A stretch of DNA of 64,000 nucleotides, from positions 352,001-416,000 of the forward strand of contig OZ241877.1 in assembly GCA_965203095.1 (NCBI GenBank). The letters are read 5' to 3'. The DNA comes from Bdellovibrionales bacterium. GTDB lineage: Bacteria > Bdellovibrionota > Bdellovibrionia > Bdellovibrionales > UBA1609. This document shows, in pieces, positions 19,678-27,903 of this stretch (within the stretch, counting starts at the first letter, position 1; every line of letters begins with the position of its first letter). Below the pieces are notes generated by a model. It was not told the origin of the DNA. It saw nothing but the letters and a program-made list of their open reading frames with translations, and made no database searches. The position numbers and the translations under genes are program-made.

Positions 19678-20487
19678 TCAATGCGATTCAGGCAACTCAA
19701 GCAATTCAGAAAGAACGCTATCTAAATATCTTTTCAACTGTATTATTTCCTCCTTTGCTTGTTGGTTATGGACAGACATTGAGGCACGATCATAAACAGC
19801 TCTTGTAAAAATCCCCTTCTTTTCAATAATTTCAACAGCCTCCGCCGGAGCTTTGATATGTGCTTTTGACTTGTCTCTTTGCCTTAAAATAAAAGAGACT
19901 TTTTGCTTTTGTGTTGGCCTGTCTCTGTCCTTTTCAAGTTTAAAATCCTCTTGTGATTTCACTTTTTCATCAGGAGCCAAATAACTCAAAACCTCACGAA
20001 GAGTTTCTCTAATTTCATTGGCTGTCCCTTTATATGAGACTCTGGTTCCATCTCTAATATCTAAAAGTGCTTGCTTGTAAGACAAGTCTGCCTCCGGACA
20101 GAATTTTTTAAGAGTTGATAATACTTGATTCTCAAAATTTGAAAAGCCATTGTTTATATTTTGACCTTTTTGCCCCAAAGTGATAATTTGAGCTTCCGCT
20201 TTATCCAACTCTTTTTTTATTGCCTTGATTATTGATAAATACCTGGACTTTAAGCTGTTTGCGTTTGTTAAAGACAGAAGATTTTGAAATTTTCTGTCCA
20301 AACTGGGCTGTTCCACTTCTTTTAACTCTTGGAGTATTTGGCGGATCTCATAAAAATACTTTTGAACTATTTTTTTGCCTTTGTCTTTACAAGATTTTTG
20401 TTGGATCTGTTTTGACTTTAACTTTCTGATGTGAGTATAAAGATCGGAAATCTCATCTTTAAACGAGTTATAATGAGATATATTCAT
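19678..20487 (-). CDS. Predicted pPIWI-associating nuclease-like domain protein
   Basis: SYKGTANEIRETLREVLSYLAPDEKV...PTQKQKVSFIL and RASMSVH resemble the pP_pnuc_1 family; recognised by eye. Confidence 0.6.
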   Translation of the reverse strand: MNISHYNSFKDEISDLYTHIRKLKSKQIQQKSCKDKGKKIVQKYFYEIRQILQELKEVEQPSLDRKFQNLLSLTNANSLKSRYLSIIKAIKKELDKAEAQIITLGQKGQNINNGFSNFENQVLSTLKKFCPEADLSYKQALLDIRDGTRVSYKGTANEIRETLREVLSYLAPDEKVKSQEDFKLEKDRDRPTQKQKVSFILRQRDKSKAHIKAPAEAVEIIEKKGIFTRAVYDRASMSVHNQQAKEEIIQLKRYLDSVLSELLELPESH

Positions 20488-20502
20488 AAGATGTTTAATA
20501 AT

Positions 20503-21105
20503 TTAACTTTTTGATTTTCTTTTTAGTCTAAGCTTTTTTTTGCCAGGTTTTTTTGTCATTTTTTTGTGCGACTTATTTTTTTTTGAGTTAGATTGGTCAG
20601 GTAAGGTGTAGGCTATCAAATTGTATCCAACAGGGTTTAATTTATATTTTCCTTTTTGTGTTTTTTCGATATAACCAGCATCTTTTGTGCGACTCAACTC
20701 TACAGAAACATTGGCCGGCAATTTAAAACCAGCTTGTTTAAAGTATTTTTCTATATCATTAACGCGAAACTGCTCTGCTTTTTCATCTTCCTTAGCTATT
20801 TCCGATAAATAAAATCCGACTAAAGCTATTTTTTGGACAGTCGTTTTAGGCTTTTTTTGTATTGCAAATGAACGAATATCCATAACTTTTGTTAGAGGCT
20901 CATTTTGTTGAGCAAAAATGGAGTTAGAAACAGAGCTTTTTTCTGGAGTAGTATCGTTTGAATGATCCAAATGTTGATTTAATCCCAGACTTTTAAACAC
21001 ATATTCCACAACATTTTTTTTGCTGGCTATATCTAAAGGCTTTAATATTTTGGAAATATCTTGAATAGCTTTGCCTTCAGACTCTAAACTAATTTTTTCT
21101 TCCAC
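20503..21105 (-). CDS. Hypothetical protein with a C-terminal winged-helix-like domain
   Basis: DIEKYFKQAGFKLP...DAGYIEK..KGKYKLNPVG; AGGAGG RBS before the GTG. Confidence 0.7.
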   Translation of the reverse strand: MEEKISLESEGKAIQDISKILKPLDIASKKNVVEYVFKSLGLNQHLDHSNDTTPEKSSVSNSIFAQQNEPLTKVMDIRSFAIQKKPKTTVQKIALVGFYLSEIAKEDEKAEQFRVNDIEKYFKQAGFKLPANVSVELSRTKDAGYIEKTQKGKYKLNPVGYNLIAYTLPDQSNSKKNKSHKKMTKKPGKKKLRLKRKSKS

Positions 21106-21450
21106 TTTGACCTCCTTAATTTATATAAACATAAAAAAAACTTATATATAGATGAGTAGTTGAGGCTTTATGTTTCTTTTTCATAAAAATCCTCTCTATT
21201 CTCTAATCAATTTATAAGCTTTCTTACACCTCCTGTCAAGTTCAATTATTAAGACCTCAGAGTTTTTTCAATTTCTTTTCTCATCAGGCTGTTTTTGAGG
21301 CTTGAGAGAATCCATTTGTTGTCTCTCTCAAGCCCAGCTTGTTGGTTCAGCTCGCGATTTGATAGTCCCACTTATCCAGATCAAGTAAAGAGATCCTTGC
21401 TGATGGCCTTTCTGTTCTTGACCCCTCTCAATGGCTCATATTCTGCGGTG

Positions 21451-21867
21451 TTAGTAAGTGAGCCAAATAGCTGTTTCAGCATGGCGGGCAGTGGGAAAAA
21501 GCCTTTCTTTGTGTTTAACTTCTATCCGTGCCAAGTGTATATTAGCACGGGAGAAGTCGGCAGTTCCTATCATTCCCTCTAAGTTAGCACCAGACAGGTC
21601 TGTTTCAGTAAAAAAAGCACCGTCCACAAGGTCAAAATGTAGATTAGCATGTTGTAAGTTAGCATGGTTCAAGTGTGCATAGCGGAGATTGGCAAAGGAC
21701 AGGTTTGCCCAGCGGAGATCTAAGTTTTGAAGGTTGGCAAACTCAAGATGGACTCCGATCAGGTCTTTTTTTCCCTGTTTGATTTGTTCTATCAGCTCTT
21801 TTTGGCTCAAGATTTTTGCTTGAGTGGGGATTGCAAGGCATAAGAGGATAAAAATCAGCTTTTTCAT
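21451..21867 (-). CDS. Exported pentapeptide-repeat protein
   Basis: Signal peptide; A(N/D/H)Lxx repeats (ANLQN, ANLSF, ANLRY, AHLNH). Confidence 0.85.
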   Translation of the reverse strand: MKKLIFILLCLAIPTQAKILSQKELIEQIKQGKKDLIGVHLEFANLQNLDLRWANLSFANLRYAHLNHANLQHANLHFDLVDGAFFTETDLSGANLEGMIGTADFSRANIHLARIEVKHKERLFPTARHAETAIWLTY

Positions 21868-22037
21868 GGCTTCATTATACCGGCCGGCGACTCCCAGGAA
21901 AAGTCTGGTGTGCTCATTACTCTCATCCTTGTTTTCATGGCTTCATTATACCGGCCAACGACTCCCAGGAAAAGTCTGGTGTGCTCATTACTCTCATCCT
22001 TGTTTTCATGGCTTCATTATACCGGCCGGCGACTCCC
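21861..22037. repeat. Tandem repeat, 71-bp unit, about 2.5 copies
   Basis: TTTTCATGGCTTCATTATACCGGCC... at 21861, 21932 and 22003. Confidence 0.95.
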
Positions 22038-22165
22038 GGACATAATTTTTTCTTTTAAAAAATAGATTTTTTTAAAATGGACTCACTTTTTTTAGGTTTT
22101 GAGTCAAAATTGGCAGGGATTGAGACACTTTAGGCTAATAATTTATGTTTTTTAGAAAAAAAACT

Positions 22166-22192
22166 TAAGTAATGAGAAAGCTTAACCGATAA
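22166..22192 (+). promoter_or_regulatory. Sigma28/FliA-like promoter (module C, copy 1)
   Basis: TAAG-N15-ACCGATAA, compared with the consensus TAAA-N15-GCCGATAA. Confidence 0.65.
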
Positions 22193-22249
22193 ACTTAAGT
22201 AGTTAGAGAAATAACAAACACATAAAATTCAAACCTAAGGAGGTTTATT

Positions 22250-23041
22250 ATGGCAAAAAAATCGATCATTGATGTTTTAGAAAAGGTAGATAAAGAATTT
22301 ATGGGAAAACAATATGCAAGCATCAGAAACAAACATTTTGGGAAAAAGTCCGGGATTTACGCCCTGTATGATAAAAAGGGCAAACTTTATTATGTAGGTA
22401 GGACTTCTAATTCTAAAGGTCGGCTGAAAATGCATCTAAAAAACAAACATTCCGGGAAGTGGGATCGTTTTTCCATCTATTTTACCAAAAACAACGATAC
22501 TGCTGTTGCTGTGGAGGCTATTGCCTTAGCCTTATTACAAGATTCATGGCCAAAGGGAAATACTAATAAACCAGGAGTTAAAGAGGATAAGAACATGAAA
22601 AAGCGGATCAGCAGGGATATGAATGAGATACTCTATGGGGGAAGTAGCCGGTCTAAGAAATCAACAAGTAGATCTGGTAAAAACAAAAGTTTTAGAAAGG
22701 CTGGTTCGCGAGGCAACACTCAAAAAAGACTCAGCTTAAAAGAGCTTTTTAATAAGGGTTTTTTACAAGAACCTCAAACCTTAAAAAAGGAATACAAATC
22801 GGGTAAAACTTTTCATGCTGTCCTTCTCCCTTCAGGACAAATTGAATACCAGGGCAAAAAATACTCCGCTCCTTCAACCTCCGCGGAAACCGCATCAGGT
22901 AGCCAGTCAGAAAATGGTTGGACTTTTTGGAAAATCCAAAACAGATCCAAAAAATGGATCACTCTTGACGAGTTTGCTAAAAATCCACAAAGGCTCAATA
23001 AATTGCACCCAAACCAAGCCTTTGTAGACAAAGCAGGATAA
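22250..23041 (+). CDS. GIY-YIG nuclease fused to a RAMA-like domain (paralogue 1)
   Basis: GIYAL...YYVG...RLKMH...E; C-terminal LKELFNKGFL...AVLLPSGQIEYQGKKY..PS...NGWTFW. Confidence 0.8.
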   Translation: MAKKSIIDVLEKVDKEFMGKQYASIRNKHFGKKSGIYALYDKKGKLYYVGRTSNSKGRLKMHLKNKHSGKWDRFSIYFTKNNDTAVAVEAIALALLQDSWPKGNTNKPGVKEDKNMKKRISRDMNEILYGGSSRSKKSTSRSGKNKSFRKAGSRGNTQKRLSLKELFNKGFLQEPQTLKKEYKSGKTFHAVLLPSGQIEYQGKKYSAPSTSAETASGSQSENGWTFWKIQNRSKKWITLDEFAKNPQRLNKLHPNQAFVDKAG

Positions 23042-23115
23042 ACCACTAAAGGCTAAAATAGCCTCCCCAATAATGCTTGAAAAGAAGAGGCTTTAGACTT
23101 ATCCACAGAATTTCA

Positions 23116-23292
23116 AAAACCGCTACAAAGAGGCTGTTTGAATAGCCGGCAAAGCTTCAAAAAAACAGCTTTTTCTAAATTTTAGAGCTTGATTTTACTT
23201 GCCTCCTACCGATAAAATGAATAAACTAAAATCAGCCCAAAACGGAGGTCATTTTGGCAAACAGCCCATCCCAAGCCTTTTGGCCTGATTTT
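23116..23292 (+). promoter_or_regulatory. Repeat module B, copy 1: sigma70-like promoter plus hairpin leader
   Basis: TTGATT-N18-TAAAAT, then stem AAAATCAGCCCAAAA...TTTTGGCCTGATTTT (23228-23292); homologous to 26210 and 31419. Confidence 0.75.
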
Positions 23293-23317
23293 GAAAGGAA
23301 TTTAAGAGGAATTTCAG

Positions 23318-23851
23318 ATGGACACCAAACTACATTTTAAACCAGACTACTATAAAATCACCAAGCTTTGGGAGCCGAATGTTTTAGAGGTTGAGGATAC
23401 TTGGTTTATCAGACTAAAAGGAATCGGCGACAATACACCCAAAGAGGAATTAAAAAAATGGCTGAGAAAGGGAAATATCGTGAGGATCATTCCTTATTGG
23501 CGAAGCAATGATGCCCGGATTGTGTCTGATGTCTGGCTTGGCAATACTCACATTAACAGGCAGTTCCCAAATTATAAAAAAGACAACCTTATACAAACTT
23601 TTGATCGATGGCATAATATTAGAGAAAATCATGATTCAGAAACAAGGAAAGCTGAAGAAAAATTAAAAGAGGCTTTTAATACAGCTGAGGGCTTAATCCC
23701 TAACAAACTTCAAAAGATTGTGACAAAATGGATAAACTATTGTCTGCTAAAAAAAAGAGACGGATCAATGCCTACTGGAACAGATGAAAAACAACTAATG
23801 AATCAAATGATTGAAAACTTTAATAAATGGAAGGAGAACCAAAATGGATGA
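23318..23851 (+). CDS. Hypothetical protein; N-terminal half weakly resembles a thermonuclease (SNase) OB fold
   Basis: IRLKGI...LKKWL...V.I....DARIVSDVWL...IN pattern; GAGG RBS. Confidence 0.55.
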   Translation: MDTKLHFKPDYYKITKLWEPNVLEVEDTWFIRLKGIGDNTPKEELKKWLRKGNIVRIIPYWRSNDARIVSDVWLGNTHINRQFPNYKKDNLIQTFDRWHNIRENHDSETRKAEEKLKEAFNTAEGLIPNKLQKIVTKWINYCLLKKRDGSMPTGTDEKQLMNQMIENFNKWKENQNG

Positions 23852-24827
23852 AAACTTAAAAAATACTATTGAAGATTATAAACAGACAAACTGGGGTAAA
23901 CTTTTAAAAGAAGACTTAGGCGAATATAATTTAAAAGAGATAAAGCCATATTTGGATTTTATAAAAAATTTTATTGATCCACTTGTGGAAAGCTCTCGCA
24001 AACTATCTACACATCAACAAAATCTATTGATAAACTTACTCAATGAGTTTATGAACTTGCGGGAACAAATCAAAAACCATACGGATACAAGTCAAAATCA
24101 AACCATAATAGATAGCAGTATTAACTTTAAAAATCATATTTTGGACAATTATCAACATTTATCAATGGCATTAAAAATTCAACAAGAATACGATCCGGAC
24201 AAAATCCCAGGGAAACCTGAAATAGAAATAAAAAAATACCAGTCAGCTGTTAAAGAAATGAAGGAAATTTTAGAACAGGCCCGTCGGGCCCAAAGTCGAC
24301 TCTCAGAGCAAGAAGTGAAGGCTGAGGCTTCCCGTTACGGTGATTTTTTTAAAATTGAAGCAGAGAAAAACAAAAAAATGTCTTGGTGTTTTGGAATAGG
24401 ATTTCTTGTTTCTTCTCTTATGGCTGGTGGTTATGCTCATTGGTATTTAAAATTTGACTCAAATATTAAAGCAGAAAATTTTATTGAACTATTTATAATG
24501 GGAGATATGATAAATAAAATTTTTATATTTTCCATCATCCTTATTATAATATCCTTAATCAGAAGGGAATATTTGGCTCTCAGGCATCAGTTCACATTGA
24601 ACACACATAGGCACAATGCTTTAAGTTCGCATAAGGAAATTTTAAGTTCCATAAAAAAGACAGCTTCCGAATCAGACAAGGAAATATCAAATGCTGTCCT
24701 TTTGGAATTGACAAAATCCATGTTCAGCCCACAAGATACTGGTTTTGTGAAAAACCAAACAGCTATTTCTTCTGGGAGCAGAATAGTAGAAATTTCAAAA
24801 TCCCTTTTCAGCAACTCCAAAGAATAA
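23844..24827 (+). CDS. Coiled-coil membrane protein (2 TM helices)
   Basis: ATG 23844 with AAGGAG RBS overlaps the upstream stop; two hydrophobic segments followed by R.Y.A.RH...N.HR.NAL. Confidence 0.75.
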   Translation: MDENLKNTIEDYKQTNWGKLLKEDLGEYNLKEIKPYLDFIKNFIDPLVESSRKLSTHQQNLLINLLNEFMNLREQIKNHTDTSQNQTIIDSSINFKNHILDNYQHLSMALKIQQEYDPDKIPGKPEIEIKKYQSAVKEMKEILEQARRAQSRLSEQEVKAEASRYGDFFKIEAEKNKKMSWCFGIGFLVSSLMAGGYAHWYLKFDSNIKAENFIELFIMGDMINKIFIFSIILIIISLIRREYLALRHQFTLNTHRHNALSSHKEILSSIKKTASESDKEISNAVLLELTKSMFSPQDTGFVKNQTAISSGSRIVEISKSLFSNSKE

Positions 24828-24833
24828 AAAAAT

Positions 24834-25803
24834 ATGTCCAAAATGATAACTTCTTACAAGCAAAAGAAATTGAAAAGTTTAAGTATTCATTCTACATTTC
24901 GTCCTCACTTTAAGGCAAGTAGTTTATCCTGGGGATTGTTTAAAACTTCTTAAGCAAATTCCTAATGAATCCATACAACTTATAGTCACTTCACCTCCTT
25001 ACAATATTGGGAAGGAATATGAGAATCGGCTCAACTTAGATACTTATATTAAACAACAAACTAAAACTATTAAAGAGTGTGTCCGGGTTTTATCTAAAAA
25101 AGGAAGCCTCTGTTGGCAAGTAGGTAATTATGTCCATAATGGTTCTATTATTCCCTTAGACACCGCCTTAACTCCAGTGTTTACATCCTTTAATTTAAAA
25201 ATGAGAAACAGAATTATATGGCATTTTGAGCATGGTCTTCACTGCACAAAAAGATTTTCAGGACGATATGAAACTATTATTTGGTTCACAAAATCAGATG
25301 ATTATACATTTAATTTAGATCCTATTAGAGTTCCACAAAAATATCCGGGGAAAAAATATTTTAAAGGGCCAAAAGCAGGCCAATACTCCTGTAATCCTTT
25401 AGGTAAAAATCCAGGGGATTTATGGGTAATACCTAATGTAAAAAACAATCATGTAGAAAAAACAGATCATCCTTGTCAGTTTCCTATGGAACTTGTAGAT
25501 CGTCTTGTTCTCTCCATGACAAATAAAAAAGATTGGCTTTTAGATCCCTTTTTAGGATCAGGAACCAGTATTATCTCTGCTCTTAGGCATGGGCGAAAAG
25601 GAGTAGGAGCTGAACTCAACAAAAAATATGTTGAGATCACTCGTGATAGAATAACACAACTTGAGCGTGGTTCTTTAAAAACTCGCCCGATGAATACTCC
25701 CATTTATGATCCAAAAAAACCAAAAAAACAGGCCAGAAATACCAGTCGCAAAAATGATAACCAAACCCATTTATTTGATCCTGCTGGATTAGACTTTTAT
25801 TAG
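24834..25803 (+). pseudogene. Frameshifted beta-class DNA methyltransferase (BglII-system-like)
   Basis: The ATG 24834 frame stops early. The +1 frame from about 24919 reads VVYPGDCLKLL...VTSPPYNIGKEYE and continues into ORF 25177-25803 (HPCQFP, LDPFLGSGT), with no standard start codon before 25177. Confidence 0.75.
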
Positions 25804-25812
25804 GATAAACTT

Positions 25813-25947
25813 ATGAAAATAGCTGAAACTTACTCTCACTTAAACGGCTTAGAATATCTCTTAGTTCACAAAAAAAATCTATGGCAGGAGTTAAAAAAAG
25901 TAAGGTCGCGGTGTGCCCGTTGTTCCTATTGTCTTAATAGGTATTGA
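25813..25947 (+). pseudogene. Truncated BglII/BstYI-family restriction endonuclease
   Basis: MKIAETYSHLNGLEYLLVHKKNLWQELKKV, then unrelated sequence and a stop. Confidence 0.7.
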
Positions 25948-26083
25948 ATTGTAAACTCTAATAAGTTGCTTATAAAAAATCAGTTATTCTTACAGACTCT
26001 TCTGGCTTACTCCTTGCAAATTTGCTAAAAAGTCCTCCATGGCTCCCGCCGAGCTTGCCAAAAAGCTCCCCAAGCTTTTTAGC

Positions 26084-26110
26084 TCCCGTGAAAACGGGAA
26101 TCCAGCAATC
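26084..26110 (+). repeat. dRS3/REP-like repeat
   Basis: TCCCGTGAAAACGGGAATCCAGCAATC. Confidence 0.7.
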
Positions 26111-26209
26111 TCTGTCCTTCTCGCAAAACTTGTTAAAAAGCCTATTCTTTAACCCTTTCGTCCAAAGGCTCTGTCCTCTTCCGCGAGAAAAACACCTTAG
26201 ACCCTCATG

Positions 26210-26376
26210 GAATAGCCTAAACAGCTTTTTCTAAATTTTAGAGCTTGATTTTACTTGCCTCCTCTGATAAAATGAATAAACTAAAATCAGTCCAAAATGG
26301 AGTTCATTTGGGTAGGCGAACAGCCTGTTTCAAGCCTTTTGGCCTGATTCTGTTAAAAAACAAATAAGGAGGCTCT
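26210..26376 (+). promoter_or_regulatory. Repeat module B, copy 2
   Basis: TTGATT-N17-TAAAAT; hairpin 26283-26350; AAGGAGG RBS. Confidence 0.75.
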
Positions 26377-26439
26377 ATGAAAAAACGCACAGCACCAAAA
26401 AGTAGAGCAAAACTTAATCAGGATGTTCTTTATGTTTAA
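26377..26439 (+). pseudogene. Internally deleted copy of the 31631 small ORF (20 aa)
   Basis: MKKRTAPKSRAKLNQDVLYV*; the first 12 codons are identical to 31631. Confidence 0.65.
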
Positions 26440-26644
26440 AAATAAAAAGTCAGAATCAAAGCCTTTAGATAAGGCTAAAAAAAGTAAAGACCGAGATCAT
26501 GATGGTTATGGATGGTGGCTGTTTCGGAAAAAAGGAACAGTAGCTGAACCTTGGCCCACTGCGGAGGAACTTTGAAATGATCCCGAAGTTCAAAAAATTA
26601 TTAAAAGTCACAATGATTTAGTCAGAAAAAGAAACGGATCCTAA
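26432..26644 (+). pseudogene. EPWPT-family small protein with an in-frame TGA
   Basis: MFKNKK...WWLFRKKGTVAEPWPTAEEL*NDPEVQKIIKSHNDLVRKRNGS; TGA at 26573 corresponds to TGG in the next copy. Confidence 0.75.
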
Positions 26645-26661
26645 TTAAAAGGAGGTGCAAA

Positions 26662-26859
26662 ATGTTTTTCAAAAGAGAAAAAAAAGAAAACAAATCTAAA
26701 GAAAAAAACAAAGAACCAACATATTGGGAAAGAGTTATTCATGGAAAAGGAACAGTGGCTGAGCCTTGGCCCACAGCAGAGGAGCTTTGGAATGATCCCG
26801 AAGTCCAAAAATCTATTCAAGCTCATAATCAGTTAGTCAGAAAAAAATTTAAGAAATAA
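26662..26859 (+). CDS. EPWPT-family small protein (65 aa)
   Basis: AAGGAGGT RBS; paralogous to 26432 and 31863. Confidence 0.8.
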   Translation: MFFKREKKENKSKEKNKEPTYWERVIHGKGTVAEPWPTAEELWNDPEVQKSIQAHNQLVRKKFKK

Positions 26860-26876
26860 GAAAGCTTAGCCGATAA
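26850..26876 (+). promoter_or_regulatory. Sigma28/FliA-like promoter (module C, copy 2)
   Basis: TAAG-N15-GCCGATAA. Confidence 0.7.
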
Positions 26877-26898
26877 TTGTTATATAAAGAGGTGCTTT

Positions 26899-27711
26899 AT
26901 GGGTTTCGTTGATGTCCTTGAAATGAATAATTCGAATTTTATATTGGATATTAGATATAAGAATATCAGAAAAACAAAGTTTAGAAACAAGCCCGGAGTT
27001 TATGTTTTTCTTGATAAAAAAGGAAAACCTTATTATGTAGGTCATACTGGCAACTTGTATTCTCGTTTGAAAAGTCAAGTAAAAAATAAGCCTCCCAAAG
27101 AGGAGAATCCTTTTGCCATCTACTTTACACAAACGAAAGACAAAGCCAAAGCCTTAGAGGCTATTTTTCTGTCTTTGTTATGGGGCTGGGCAAAGCCAAG
27201 TAAAAATGCAGTAAAACCAAAAATTAAGCCAAAAGCTCAGAGGATGAAACAGTCGATTGAAAGGGCTATGGAGAAAAAAAGGAAAGAAATGAAGAAAAAA
27301 GATGACGAAATATTTAAAAGCTCTAAAACTAAGTCTGTCAGTCGCAGATCTGCTAAAAACAAAACAAGGCGATCAAAACCGCAAGACAAAGTTTTTAGAA
27401 AAACTGCTCCACGAAGTAGTGCTCAAAAAAGGCTCAGCTTAAAAGAGCTTTTTAATAAGGGTTTTTTAAAAGGACCTCAAGCATTAAAAAAGGAATGGAG
27501 ATCGGGAAAAATTTCTCAAGCCGTCCTTCTTCCTTCAGGAGAAATTGAATATCAAGGCAAAAAATACCCCGATCCCTCACCTCCAGCGAAAACCGCCTCA
27601 GGATGGCAGAAAGCAAATGGATGGAATTTTTGGAGAATCCAAGACAGATCTAAAAAATGGATCCGGCTCAAAGAGTTTGCTAAAAATTCACAAAAACTCA
27701 ATACTTTTTAG
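26899..27711 (+). CDS. GIY-YIG nuclease fused to a RAMA-like domain (paralogue 2)
   Basis: GVYVF...YYVG..NLYSRL...E; C-terminal domain very similar to that of 22250. Confidence 0.8.
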   Translation: MGFVDVLEMNNSNFILDIRYKNIRKTKFRNKPGVYVFLDKKGKPYYVGHTGNLYSRLKSQVKNKPPKEENPFAIYFTQTKDKAKALEAIFLSLLWGWAKPSKNAVKPKIKPKAQRMKQSIERAMEKKRKEMKKKDDEIFKSSKTKSVSRRSAKNKTRRSKPQDKVFRKTAPRSSAQKRLSLKELFNKGFLKGPQALKKEWRSGKISQAVLLPSGEIEYQGKKYPDPSPPAKTASGWQKANGWNFWRIQDRSKKWIRLKEFAKNSQKLNTF

Positions 27712-27762
27712 ACAAAGCAGGATAAGCTAAGGGGGCTAAAAAAGCCCTCCCTCGGGGCAAAT

Positions 27763-27849
27763 TGCTCCCATGCAAACGGGAATCCAGCAATCTTATTTAA
27801 GTTTACACAGGTTCCGTATCTCTGGATTCCCGCTCAAGGCAGGAACAAC
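27763..27849. repeat. dRS3/REP-like inverted doublet
   Basis: TCCCATGCAAACGGGAATCCAG...CTGGATTCCCGCTCAAGGCAGGAA. Confidence 0.7.
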
Positions 27850-27869
27850 GGTCTATCCTAAAAAAAATT

Positions 27870-27896
27870 TAAGAAATGAAAAGGCTTGACCGATAA
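27870..27896 (+). promoter_or_regulatory. Sigma28/FliA-like promoter (module C, copy 3)
   Basis: TAAG-N15-ACCGATAA; spacer homologous to copies 1 and 2. Confidence 0.65.
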
Positions 27897-27903
27897 GCTG
27901 TTT

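Noticed and set aside
21861..22037. Possible CRISPR array
   Set aside because: The units are near-identical over their whole length, with no unique spacers and no cas genes.
23228..23292. Module B hairpin as a c-di-GMP-I riboswitch
   Set aside because: GGCAAAC occurs in only one copy, and the GNRA tetraloop/receptor architecture is not evident.
25903..26020. Possible IS end truncating the BglII-like REase
   Set aside because: The junction is abrupt, but I found no partner inverted repeat or transposase, so it cannot be supported.
26573..26575. TGA at a conserved Trp as evidence of an alternative genetic code
   Set aside because: TGA terminates ordinary genes here (tldD, scpB, mmsA) and Trp is TGG elsewhere; a nonsense mutation or sequencing error is simpler.
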